Below are positions 36,611 to 49,300 of a stretch of 64,000 bases of DNA, piece by piece. The stretch lies in contig NC_092382.1 of the NCBI RefSeq assembly GCF_030028105.1, positions 98,410,699 to 98,474,698 of the forward strand, in the 5' to 3' direction. The position numbers and the translations under genes are program-made. The notes below the pieces were generated by a model, which saw only the letters and a program-made list of their open reading frames with translations, made no database searches and was not told the DNA's origin. Within the stretch, counting starts at the first letter, position 1; every line of letters starts with the position of its first letter. The stretch is from Mobula birostris (Eukaryota).

Positions 36611-37394
36611 TAAACAAGAACCTCCTTTCATATATATATATATTTGTGCCTGTGTGTTGAGGGGGTGGGGGTGGCGGAGTGTGCAGTCCTTGTCATAGAA
36701 CTGGGGAACCAAACTCGTTGTTCATCTGGCGCGACATCACCAGCTTTGTCTCTGTCCATCTGTTCTCCTAATTGTACTCTATAAGGTTGAGAGCAGGAAT
36801 AGTCTCCGAGAAATGTCTGAATACACTCACCCTCGTATCTTTCTGGTAAATGGTATAAATTTCTGCGACAAGCGCCGGCATCGGGGCGAAATCATTGTTG
36901 TTGAGGAAGCTCCGACGCGTCTCCCCTTTCGCTCAGAAAACTGCAAAGCACAGGTGCCACCTAGCAACGGTTCCGGGACCGCGAACCCTTTACAAATACA
37001 GAATTCAGCTGCGTGTGTCGCATCTATATTTTTCCGGGAAAAAAAAAATAACGGTTTCCGATTTGCTCAACGTAATTTACCACTTTATACAGGAACGTAC
37101 AGCACAGGAACAGGCACTTTGGCCTACAGTGCTGAGACTCACTAGCTAAAAGCAAATCAAAAACACCGAAGAGCGAAACCTTCTTATATATTTCATGGCC
37201 ACGACCCTCCAGCTTCCTCGCATTTGTGCGTCTATCGAAACGACCCTTAAAAGGCTCTAGTGTATTTCCCTCTATCACCGTACCAGACAGGGCATTCCAG
37301 GCATCCTTGATTCTCTGAGTAAAATAAGAATAAAAATAACCCAGGAATAAATGAAGATTCCTCATGTTTACATCTTTAACAAACTTATAAACCT

Positions 37395-38000
37395 TCATTG
37401 GAGAGGGTTGAGAGAATATTCACGACATCGCTTCCAGGAATGAAAGGGTTACCGTATAAGGAACGTCTGGTAGCTCTTGGACTGTATTCCCTGGAGTTCA
37501 GGAGAATGGGGGTGGGGGATATAATAGAAACTTTCGGAATGTTAAAAGGACTGAACGGATTAGATATGGCAGGTATTTCCCATAGTAAGAGATTCTAGGA
37601 CAAGAAGGCACAACTATGGCAGGTATTTCCCATGGTAGGAGACTCTAGGACAAGAAGGAACAACTATGGCAGGTATTTCCCATGGTAGGAGATTCTAGGA
37701 CAAGAAGGCACAACTTAAGGTTTGAAGGAATTCTGTTTAGAACTGAGATGCGGAGAAATTACTTTAGTCAGAGCATGGTGAATCTGTGGAATTAGTTGCC
37801 GCAAGCAGCTGTGGAGGCCAAGTCATTGAATGCATTTAAGGCAGATATAGAAATGTTCCTGATTAGCCAGATCATCAAAGAGTATGGGGTAAAAACAGGG
37901 GAGTGGGGGTGACTGGAAGAATTGGATCAGCCCATGATTCAATGGCGGAGCAAACGCGCTGGGCCGAATGGTCTACTTCTGCTCTTATGTCTTACAACAA
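37395..38000 (+). mobile_element. CR1 3' fragment containing a 50-bp unit tandemly triplicated at 37565-37714
   Basis: GLYSLEFRRM motif; three near-identical copies of TATGGCAGGTATTTCCCAT..GGACAAGAAGG.ACAAC. Confidence 0.8.
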
Positions 38001-39119
38001 AACGGATTCAACTCTGGAGCTTCCTTGCATGGTTTTATGATCTCTCAGGTCACCCCTCAAACTCCACCGCTCCAGCAAAAAAACCTAAGTTTATTCAGTT
38101 TTTCGTCACGGCACATGCCCTGTAAAGCTGTCCCCATCCTGGTGAACCTCTTCTGAAACCTTTCCAAGTCCTCAGAATTCTTCCTACAGTGGGGCGACAG
38201 AACTCCGTGCAATACTCAAAAAGCAGACGAACCAGATCTCTATAAAGTTGCAACATAACCTCTTGATGTTTGAAGTTCGTGCCTTAATTAATAATAAAAA
38301 AATAGGAATTTCACAAGCCTTCTTAATCAGCGTATCGACCTCTGTATCGGCATTCAAGTAGTTCTGGCTTTGATCCCAAGGTCGCTCTCCCCAGCAACAC
38401 TGTTGAGGACCTTACGCTGAGAAGTGCTCTGTCTCCCAGCGTTTGCCCTACCGAGGTGCAACACCTCACATATATTTGGGTTAAACTCCACCTGCCATCT
38501 CGCTGCCCGTATCTGCAACTGGTCTATCTCACGCTGTATTCTTGGCCAACCTTCTATGCTCTGCACAACTCCACCAATCTTGGTATCATCCTCAAACTTA
38601 CCAACCCTCCCATCTCTATTTTCACCCGGGTCATTTATACACACCACAGACAGCAGAGGTCCCTGCTAAGCAACACAATAAAGGACATCTGGTAGGATAA
38701 CATTCTATTTGCTTATGACCTGCCAAAATGAAACACCTCAGATTTTTTTTCCCCTCTGGAATAAGGGCCATCTGCAGTTTCTCTGCCTATAACTGCAACT
38801 GATCCATATCGCGCAAAATTACTTTCCAGTTTTCTACACCATCAACTATTCCACTAATCTCGGGACCACCCAGAATCTTAAAACACACCCATCTACATTT
38901 CCATCCGGGTCATTTATATACATCACAGACAGCAGAGGCCCCACAGCAGATCCCTGTGGAACCTTACTAATTACAGACCTCCAGCTCGAATGCGTCCCTC
39001 TGTTTGCTGTCCACAAGTCAGTTCTGAATCCACGTTTAAAGACATGCCGGCTCTCCCTGATTTGGCCGGGGGTTTCCAAATGCTCAGACATCCTATCCCT
39101 AAGAATTTTTTCCTGCAAT

Positions 39120-39290
39120 TTCCCACTGTCAGAGGAGTAGACACGAGAGTCCGTGGAAGCGAAGTAGCATCCGGATGGTATCCCAGGTTCCATGTTCAGG
39201 GATGTCTCGGATCGTTGCATTCTGGGTGAGCAGCCAGAAGTCTCGGTAAATGTTAGTCCCACCGACATAGGTCCGGAAAGGGAATACATT
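39120..39290 (+). mobile_element. CR1 ORF1 (GDSL/SGNH esterase-like) remnant
   Basis: Decayed VRG.D..., RDVSDR and GEQPEV..V..TDIG motifs typical of CR1 ORF1. Confidence 0.55.
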
Positions 39291-39769
39291 TCCTGACATC
39301 TCCTCTGTACCTACCAACACACACCTTAAAATTGTGCGGTTATTGTGTTAGCCAATTAAGCTCTGGGAAAACGCCTCTGACTATTCACACAATCAATGCC
39401 TCTCATCATCTTGTACATCTCTAGCAGATCACCTGTCAATTACGTCTCTACAAGGGAAAAAGGCCGAGTTCACTCAACCTATTCTCATAAGGCATGCTCC
39501 CCAATCCAGACAACATCCTTGTAAATCCCCTGTACACCCTTTCTATGGTTTCCATGTCCTACCTGTAGTGAGGCGACCAAAACTGAGCACAGTACTCCAA
39601 GCGGGTCTGACCAGGGTCCGATATAGCTGCAACAACAACTTCTTGGCTCCTGAACTAAATCCCACGATTGATGAAGACCAATGCACCGTATACCTTCTTA
39701 ACCACAGAATCAACCTGAGTAGCAGCTTTGAGTGTCCTATGGACTCGGACCCCCAGATCCCTCTGATCC

Positions 39770-40090
39770 TCAGACGGCTGAGGAAATTTTGTATGGGCCC
39801 TAAAATATTAAGAACTTTCTACAGGAACACAACTGAGAGCATCCTGACTGACTACATCACTGCCTGGTATGGGAACTCTACTTCCCTTAATCGCAGGACT
39901 CGGCAGAGAGTGGAGCGGACAGCCCAGCGCATCTGTAATTGTGATCTTCCCATGATTGAGGACATTTACAAGGACAGTCATCCCAACCACAATCTATTCC
40001 AGCAGCTCCCTTCCGGGAAGCGGCAATAACATGCTCCGGGACAGCTTCTTCCAGCAGGACATCAGACTAATAAACTCACATTGACGTGAG
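39770..40090 (+). mobile_element. Rex1/Babar 3' fragment
   Basis: LRRLRKF..ILRTFYR.TTESILT.YITAWYGN...QRVERTAQRI...HP...LFQ.LPSGKR. Confidence 0.8.
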
Positions 40091-40849
40091 CGTACTCTAT
40101 ATTACATTGACGATTCTATATATTATAAATTACTATGATTTCACATTGCACATTTAGATGGGGAGCTAATGTAAATATTTTTACTCCTCATGTCTATGAA
40201 GGATGTAAGAAATAAGGTTAATTCAATTCAGTTTTATTTATTGTCCTGCTATTTATTTTACAAGTAAGAGTTAATGTTGTTCCACTCTCTGTGGATGCTG
40301 CCGAAACCTGCTGGGAAATTCCTGTGTGATTGTTCTAATAGCTGCGGTATTCTTAGCTAATTCCGTATGCATACCTCCCTCTGTCGGAACATGTTACTTC
40401 TAAATTTTCACCGTTTTATCACAAATCTCTACTTTCTGCCTGGAAGCGTTATCTCTCTAATCCTTCCCTATCTCAGTGCCTTTTTTAGAGATACGGCAGA
40501 GTGACCCAACATGGTCCAATTGCGCACAGGAGACCAAATAACCTGCTGCCCTTCATGTCTTCGGAATGCGGGATGAAACCGGAACACCTGCATGAAAATT
40601 ACGCGGTCAAGAGTAGAACGTAGAAACTCCTTATAGAACTGAACCCGACTCTCTGGCGATGTCATAGGGTCAGGTCAACCTTGCTGCCCCTTACTCCTAC
40701 TCGTCATTGTAACTGTACCTTCACCAGCCACTTCCAGTGTGTTGATACGCTTCCTCTCAGTCCCCATCCCCCACCCCCGTTTAATCAATCGTTTTCGGTA
40801 CAACAGATTCTGCAGACATTGGAAATTAAAAGTTGCAGACAAGGAGATG

Positions 40850-41291
40850 GTGAGGGAGGCGTTCATCGACACGGGTTTGACCGTCGGGGAAGGAGGGGCT
40901 CGTGGATTCGGGGAGGGAGAGATCACAGAGACGAGGACTATGTCGTAGATGGAGGGCGTGACGGAGATGGAGAGGAGCATAGGGGAGGGGAAGATCACAA
41001 CGACGGGAGCTATGTAGGCGAGGGAGGGGGCGACCGAGATGCGGAGGGGTGTAGGGACTGGAGGGGATGGAGGGGATGACAGGGACAGGGATGTATGTAA
41101 GGGAGATGGTGACAAGGATGGGCGTAGATGGGCACTGGACCTGTTGTTCACCTCCAATGGGCATGGCTCCATCAGAAACTACACGCCTAACCGCTAAACA
41201 GCCGAGGGATCCAGCAGTACCTGCTTCACACTGGAAATAAACGAGCCCTCGCCCGATCAATCGGCCGTCCTCTTCTGCGCCTGCAGTACTT
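40850..41291 (+). pseudogene. V pseudogene of the CAC-ending family, with its middle replaced by a G-rich repeat
   Basis: 5' piece EAFID..LTVGEG (about 40855-40895). 3' piece ALDLLFTSNGHGSIRNYTPNR*TAEGSSSTCFTLEINEPSPDQSAVLFCACST (about 41130-41291). RSS CTCAGAG-23-ACAAAACCG at 41292-41330. Confidence 0.82.
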
Positions 41292-41469
41292 CTCAGAGCT
41301 TCATGACGTGGAGCTCCTGTTACAAAACCGTTCACCAACGTGGACGGTGCAGTGGCGACAGGCACCCGAGAAACGCCATGCTAACTATAAGATTCCTGGG
41401 TAGCATTGAAGTACTTCTTCCTTCCACGAGGTGGCAGCACGAGCTAAATATTGGTCGCCCGTCGGCCAC

Positions 41470-41765
41470 CATTGTATGACAGAGGCAGATCAAAGCCTGG
41501 CATGCTTTTGTCGCCCTCCATCCAGCTTGCGGACAGTTGCTGACCATTCCTGCGTACTTGGAGAGCTTCTTTTCAAAGACCTCCTCCAAGCTATCTTCCC
41601 ATGGGACTGTCAGCTCCAGCAGCACCACTTGCTTAGTCGACTCAGAGACTAGGACGATGTCTGGACGCGGCGTGGTAGCTGCCATGTGGTTGGGGAACTT
41701 CAGCTGCCCTTCGAGGTCCACCAACAGCTGCCAGTCCCTTGCAGAGGTCAGAATGCCTACAGATG
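41470..41765 (-). mobile_element. Restriction-like endonuclease domain fragment of a HERO/R2-type non-LTR retrotransposon
   Basis: RPDIVLVSESTKQVVLLELTVPWEDSLEEVFEKKLSKY..V..C..AGWRA matches the PD-(D/E)xK RLE signature. Confidence 0.75.
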
Positions 41766-43072
41766 TTCATGTTCATGAGTTTATATAACATCATAAATAT
41801 GATGGGGGTGTGGAATGAGCTCTCTCTGAATCGTTAAGTACGGGTCTTCAATCTCCTCGACCTGCTCCCTGATATTAACAAGGAGACGAAGGCATGGCCC
41901 TGCGGCGAGGGTCCTAAAACTGGATGGGCGCGACGCTCATCTCCTAACAATGTCCAGACCAGTGGGGCCGATTGGCTCATTCCAAAGCTCTCTGTGGCCT
42001 GTTGACAGAAGCTCCTATTGGAGGTAGCTGATTCTACATCCTCTTGCTCTCCCGTGCTTTGGAGTCTCACAACAAGCTGTGTTGCCACGGCAGGAATTTG
42101 CTGACATTCCAAATCACATCAAACTCCAAACATAGGGAAATCGCTGGCTTGCGTTGATGCACGGCCCATCCCCGCCCACCCAGCATCTATTTCCCTTTTG
42201 TGTTATGCAACATCTAACATTCATTCTTTCTCGTCGGATCACTTCATGGACCGCATTCTGCATCACTGCATACAAAGGCGGCGAGATTCGCTGGTTGACG
42301 TTTGCACATGTGACTGTTCTGCTAATCGTTGTTTGCTCAAGGCACCATTGCCTTGCAAATTGTTGGTTCCTATTTTGTTGTCTGTTGTGATATTGTCCTT
42401 TGCTCGGCATTGAATCGGAAGCAATTCTGGAATATTTCACACACTGGTTATAAAGTGATTCAGATATACATGTGCAAACCGAACTTGGATCTTGACTCTA
42501 AATAAGAAACGTCGCACCGTCCCCGAGTACTTTAATGTTATTTATTTATTTAGAATTACACCCGCACAACGTGCCGCGTGACCCTTTCCTAATTACAAGA
42601 CAATGGAACGTGGCAGGAAAGCACGCGGTCACCCTGAGGACGTACAAACTTCTCACAGACGGTGTCATCATTTAACCATGAACTCATGATCGTCCGAGCT
42701 GTAACGGCGTCGCGCTAACAGCTGCGCCACTGTCCTAATATTCATTTCAAAGAGGGGATCTCCCGTTTTAAATATTTGATTGATATTTATTGAGTTTATT
42801 GCAATTTGATAAGATGTGCAATATGCATAACCTCTGTATATTTCCATCGGGGTTATATCTGAGATGTTCAGCTGATGGATAGAGAGTGTTTCCTGTTTCC
42901 TCTGCAACACCGGGACATCCGTCCTCTGTCACTCCGATTCTGCGCACACTTCCCCAATCAGACACAGAGGAGCGAGACGGCCAATCAGAGGACGAAATTC
43001 GCAATAAAGGGGGCGGCGTCGTACATTCTGCCATCTTACTTGAAGATGAAGCAACATACGTCGACTGAGCGA

Positions 43073-44409
43073 ATGATTCTGTTAATCACGACGGTGCTTA
43101 TCGTTCACCGTAAGAACGTTTGCAAAGATTTAATACGTATTTCCATTGCTTGTCGTTATTTCGCTTCCTTTAAACCAGGGGTCAGATGCATGGATCAAGG
43201 TTCATTGTCAATGGCGGGACACGTAGGACAGATGAAATTTAAAGTCCGTCCATGTTGATCCGACAGTGGCCATGGAAGCAAGTAGGGTCCTTAGCGGTCA
43301 ATGCTGTGGGGACAAATATCTGTATGTCAGGGTGCACCTTTTTATAAAATGGTGTCGAGGACACATTTGAAATATTAATTCAATTGTTACTCAGTGTTAA
43401 TTCTTCTTGTTGCATTTGTAGGAAGAATGCTACGTGTTGTTTTTCATTATTATTATTTTTTATAACGGACACCTAACTTCTGGTCGCAAACGCGGTGAGA
43501 GCTTTAAGGAGATGTTAGACAAAGAGTGGAGTCGGCGGCGGAAGGATACTGACAGAGGTCTGTAAAATGATCAGAGCGGACAACTACAGTCAGTGCGGAG
43601 ATGTCAGAGGGCCGGGATTTTAAATTGAGAGAGGGAATTCTTGAAGGAGATTTCTATGACCACTTTTGTATTCACAGCGGGTGACTGATGATGAGGGTTG
43701 AAGAATTATTTAGATGGCCCCGCGAACATAGGGGTAAGACGTGCTGGCAGACTGGATTACGTAGACTGGCATCAGGCTTGTGCTTGCTCTGTACTGTTCT
43801 ATCTTGGGTGCACGGTGCGAATCTGGCACAGGGAGAGATGTGGAGAGGGGAACTCCGCACGGTGCTCCTGGCGTGTGGGACGGAACCGGGCGGGGGTTGG
43901 GGAAGATACAGACACCGGGACGGTGCACACGATTCATTCCAATTCTACGAATTAACTTTATATCTCTTTATATCTTCTTTCCAAACCTTACTACCCATCT
44001 CTCCCCTACTCTGCTGATCCCTTTACCCCACAGCGCCTAAACTCTCTTTCCGCACCCCACCGTCCGACACCGCCTGTTATCTGACTCATCTCTTTCCCGA
44101 TATCTTTCCCCAGCCGCGAGGTCGCAGACCATCCGGCAGAGTCCAGTGGCTCACAGCGGCTCTCCAGGAGACAATGTGACACTAAACTGCACTCTGTCGG
44201 GCAGCGGTACCTTCTATATGTTCTGGTATCGACAGCGCGCGGGAGAGCAGCTTCGGAACCTGTTTTATTCCGTGAGCCCGGGAGCGGTAACTGCACAGGA
44301 GGTGGTCGATGGATTCGTCGCCGAGCGACCGGAGGAACTGCTGGTCCTCCTGAAGTCCTCCGAGCTGCAAGTCAGTCACTCGGCCTTGGTTTTCTGCGCC
44401 TGGAGTACT
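43073..44409 (+). CDS. TRBV: TCR beta-like V gene, open (leader 43073-43109, V exon 44114-44409)
   Basis: Leader MILLITTVLIVH followed by GTAAGA. V exon PARSQTIRQSPVAHSGSPGDNVTLNCTLSGSGTFYMFWYRQRAGEQLRNLFYSVS...SHSALVFCAWST. CCAAT boxes at 42954 and 42981. Confidence 0.9.
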
Positions 44410-44448
44410 CACGGCGGCGCCGATAGGTACAGGAGCGCGACAAAAACC
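44410..44448 (+). other. 23-RSS (CACGGCG-23-ACAAAAACC)
   Basis: Heptamer 44410-44416, nonamer 44440-44448. Confidence 0.9.
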
Positions 44449-46328
44449 CCCAGAAGCGCGAGAGTCAGGGGAGCGGAAGCAAACTGGAGGGCTGCAAGAT
44501 TATTCGCAGAACAGAGAAGTCGAAGTCAAACTTAGTTTCGTAAAGAAAAATCGCGAGACTCTTTTCTGGACATCTGCACAAATTCCTGTTGCACAGGTGC
44601 AGTGTAAAACGAACTTCCAGCAACATCAGAGACACAAAGCTCGCCAGAAAAAAAAACAATTAAACATTAATTATACACATTGATTGTAGTACGCAACACG
44701 TTAAAAAATGAACAGTGTCCATACTAGAGCAAAATGATGCTGTACAAAGGTAACGATTTGGTTTGTGACATTCCCTTTGCCCTGAATGTTTCAAGGGAAG
44801 TAATTGTTCCCGAACCTGGCCGTGTGAGAACTGACACCTTCTGTACCTACAGTCCAACAGGGTGTGCGAGAGGACGGCGTGGTGCAGATGGCTGGGGGGG
44901 GGCGGGGTAGGGGTGGTGGATGCTGTGCTGGAGGAAGCAGCCAACTTGAGGCTGCGACTGCTGTGTGTACGCCCGATGGTGGGGAGGGATGTGCTCGGGG
45001 TGAATCGGGCAGGAACAACTAATCCTTGTGGTTTGCTGCGCTCCTGGGTGTGCGATTTGCAAAACCAGATGCAATTTCAAATTTGCCGGATTCGTGGGCG
45101 TTGCCCCTCTGGCGAGTGAATGCTTGGACCCAAGTGTTGGGGGATCCGAGGCTGGAATGACGATGCGAGACTGAAGCGAGAACAGACAACTGCACTAGAG
45201 GCTAGACGATAATCTAAGTTGAGTTGACGATTGGGTACAGGAGATAGGGTGTTATGTTGAATTTGAATAAGACGTTGCAGAGCCCTAATTTAAAGTATCG
45301 GGCGAAGATTTTTTTTTTTCATCTACCTGCAGGAAGCGTCTGAGTACGACCGAAAGTAAAATTTACAAGAACGTCTCCGGGATTCGGGGACCATAGTTAT
45401 AAGTTAAGACTTTATTGCTTGGAATGCGGGATTTGAGAGAGGTAGACCAAATTATGAGGATAAGTAGAAGCAGTAATGGTAGTAGTAGCCGTAGATGCCA
45501 GGGGATCGATCAGTATTTCGCGACTCTGGTGAACAGCATCCACTCAAGGACGCCTGGGCGGGAACATTTACAGAACCAGCTGTTGCCCAGACACCGGCTT
45601 CCTCACGTCACTGAGTCTAAGGGAAGGGCAATCGCGGCTACAGGTTGAAGTTGCCAGAGTAAGGTTGCAAACAACATCAAACTTCCTTCGGGACCCTGGC
45701 TCCGGAATTCCTCCTCGGGGCCTACTCCCGAAGCCTATCCAATGGGTGCGTATGGCCGGAAGACAGTGGAGGTGTAAAAACAGAGTTTTCCATCTCCCAG
45801 GCGGGCTGCTGTCGAAGGCTGACGAGCGTCACCTGCCCGAGAATGAGGGGTACAGCGAGCGTAAATGCAGGCAGGATTTTATACAGAGGCTGGATGGGGC
45901 GACGCGAGGAAATGGCCTGAGGGTGAAAGTTGAAATGTTTAAGGGGAACATCAGAGGAAACGTCTGTAGTCAGAAGATGTAGAAGGAGCAGAGAGCGCAA
46001 ATGGTGCATGAGATTTCGAAATCAACGTTTCAGAGATGGTACTTCAGGTACGTTTGACAGAAGTATGGAGAGCATTTGCTCCGGGTGTTGGTCAATGAGA
46101 TTAGTCAGTTTAAATCGTTCGGCACAGCTGGATAGGCCGAAGCGCTTGTTTCTGAGCCCTACCTTTCTGTGACTCTAATCTCGGATCAGAGGGCCAGTTC
46201 ACGTGCTGTGATGTTCTACTTTCTACCTTCTCTGATCCGCTGAGATCCCCACCAGCTTGCCAGATTCCAGTCTCCTCTCCTACGCAGGTCAACAGAGTTT
46301 GCCCCGGAAACTTAGTACTAAAGACTTC

Positions 46329-49300
46329 GTTTAAGAAATTCGTTGTGATTGAATAAACTTGGGTTTGGTGAGTGTTTTCTCCACAGTGACTGTAGAGGGT
46401 GCTCTAGGTCCACGTACCAGCTTTGTATGGGTTCAAAAATTTTCAGAGAGAGAGACAGGACGCCAGTTAGCACCTCCAGCTGTAACACTTCCTGTTCAGC
46501 TACCAACGTCTGTTCCTTTACCGGCAAAATGAATGAATTTAACTGTAGGAATTCCTATTTCAGCTCGCGGTTCAAGGTCCAATTTGGTGGTGGTTTTTGC
46601 TCAGGAAAGTGGTGGAGAGTTGCGCCCGCTTTGCACTGGGTCAACTGCTCCCGCATCATCATAGCTTCGTGCCACGTCGAAAAGCCCCACCTGAACGAGG
46701 AACCACCTGTATGGAAGACAACCAGTTATCTGTTTTCTATTGCTACTTGTGCCAAGATATAACGGAGAGTTTTAGTTCGTCTGCTATCCAGAAACATCCT
46801 CCGGCATATAACTATATCTGTGGGTGCATAACGGCCTGTAAAAACACGGTGCAGCACATCGCGGGATACAGACTCTGACTATACATCTCATTGCCTCATC
46901 AAAGCAGCCAGCGCATTCAAGTATCCATTCGGCCCGATAATTTCTACACCCCACCCCTCCGTGGTGAAGAAAACACTATTTGATCAAGGACAGCGTGCAC
47001 CCGCTTCAGTAAAGCTAATGACGTACCTATGGTAATTTTAGCATACAGACTTGACCTTCCATTCAAACACCTTAGGATCCTGCACGTTATTCTCGACCTG
47101 TGCTCCAGTTCTTTTTTTTTTTTTCTCATGTGTCATGTTGCGTTTGTTTGCAATACCGCAATGCTTTGATCTGTATGAACGTTATGCAAGTCAAGCCAAT
47201 TGCAAATGCTCTCTGCTAAGCCAGACACGCTCCTGGCCATGCGCCTGTTATCCACAACTCCACATTCCAATTGCTAACGTCTCGATCGTCATCTCCCCCA
47301 GCCCCCACCTTCCACCATCTCCCCGACTCACCGTAACTGCTGAACAAGTGAGAAGGACTCTGGAGAACTCAGACGCGGCAAAGCATTGTGTTGCAAAGAA
47401 CTGGTGAACCCAAACGCAGGACACCGGCACGGGGAGAGAGTTGGGATGCAGACCATGGCGTGAAAATCTTGAATGACTACCGTCCAGTGGCCGTGAACTC
47501 ACACACCATGAAGACCTGGAGAGGTTGGCCCTGCCTCACCTCCGACCCTGGACTGATCAGGATCCCATGCAGTTTGCCAAACAGGAGCATATTCGAGTTG
47601 AATATAATGTCATCGATCTGCAGAACAGGGTCTAATCCCAGTTGGATAAGCAGGGCATCGTGTTCTTTTTTTTTTAATTCTCAAGAGTCTTCGATACCAT
47701 ACAGCCGTCATAGCTGGGGAAAACGTCCCTTTCAATGTAGGTTAGCGGTTCCACTGTATGCCGGACAATGGACTACCTGACCGGCAGACCACAGTTTGTG
47801 CAGCTTCATAGCTCTGTGTCAGACATGGTCATAAGAAACACTGGGGCCGCAAGGGGACGCTGTTGGGTCCCTTACTGTTTACCCTGTGTACCTCGGACTT
47901 AAGATACAACACTGAGTCATGTCATCTGTATCCATAGATATAATTTTGCTATTTGTTTTTGCACCGATTATAACTAAATTTTATTTCATTCTTTAGCAAT
48001 GCAGAGTGATGTCAGACACCTCCGGCCCAACCGCCCGTCAGTGGCCAATTACAAACGTGGTAGGAAACCGGAGCAGCCGGAGGGAAGCCACATGGTCACG
48101 AGGAGAACATATAGACGCCTTTACAACCAGCGGCGGGATTTGAACGCGCGTCGTTGACGCTGAACGCTAGAAATATTTCAACATGAATTTCTATTAACTG
48201 ACGCTAGTCAAGTTTTCAACGTACTGGAATGCTGCTGAATAAAAAAATAAGTGGTTGACATGACATTTATACTGTGTTCTCCTGTCAATAAAGAGTCCAG
48301 CTGTAGGTGGAGGGGGGTCTTTCTGCAGAAATGGGCGTGACGTCTCTTCCTGGCTCTCACTGCCTTTTCAGAAGTTTACAAACAGCAGCTGAGCGCTCAT
48401 TGTCTGAAAGAACGTTTCCAAACAGAGATGTTTGTGTTACTCGGACTTATGGTCTGGACCCACCGTAGGCAAGTTGACCTCACTACAAACTCGGAAAACT
48501 CTTTTGTTCTCAATTTCTCCCTGTTCCTCCTTTACATTTTGATCAGTTTCTCGCCCTTATGTTTTTATACTCTAATTTCTCTCTTAATTAATTATCCTCC
48601 TTTTGCAATCCGTTCATCTTACTCCTTCTCTGGACTCCCCTTTCTGTCCACTTTCCCGTCTCTTCACCGCCCTCTCCTTGCAGTCTTTGCACCCATGTTT
48701 CCGTTCACAGGCGATTTTCTCAGTACTAAGCAATTTGTTTAAGAAATTCATTGTGATTAAATAAACTTCTGTTTGGTGAGTGTTTTCTAAGCAGCTGCTG
48801 CAGAGAGTGCTCTCGGTCCACGGACCAGCTTTGAATGGGTTCCACAAATTTTCAGAGAGAGAGACAGAGGACGCCAATTGGCTCCTCCAGCTGTAGCACT
48901 TCCTGTTCAGCTACCAACGTCTGTTCCTTCACCGGCAAAATAAATGAATTTAACTGTAGGAATCCCTATTTCAGTTCGTCGTTCAAGGTCCGATTTGGTA
49001 GTGGGTTTTGCTCAGGTAGGTGGAGGAGAGTTGCGCCAGTGTTGCGCTGGGTCAGCTGCTCCCGCATCATCTTAGGTTCGTGCCCGGTTCGAAAAGTCCC
49101 ACCTGAACGTAGCATCACCTGTATGGAAGACAACTAGCTATCAGTTTTGCGTGCCATCCAGAAACATCCTCCCAAATATAAGTATATCTGTGGATTCATC
49201 TCGGATTGTAAAGACTCGGCTCAGCACATCACGGGATACAGCCTGCCCTCCACAAACTCTGACTGTACATCTCACTCCCTCAGTAAGGCGGCCAGCGCAT

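Noticed and set aside
36880-37030. VVEEAP..C..GSGT..LQI.NSAAC as a collapsed V
   Set aside because: Far too short; lacks W41 and an RSS.
40327-40371. Hydrophobic leader-like GTG-IVLIAAVFLANS followed by GTATGC
   Set aside because: Lacks ATG and is in the wrong splice phase; at most a dead leader of the 40850 pseudogene.
46640-46700. Minus-strand J-like F(E)PGTNL / RGTKL (also about 49070-49100)
   Set aside because: No upstream RSS and no splice donor in either copy.
49003-49041. Minus-strand CACTGGC-23-GCAAAACCC RSS-like element
   Set aside because: Heptamer absent in the duplicate copy; no V end adjacent.
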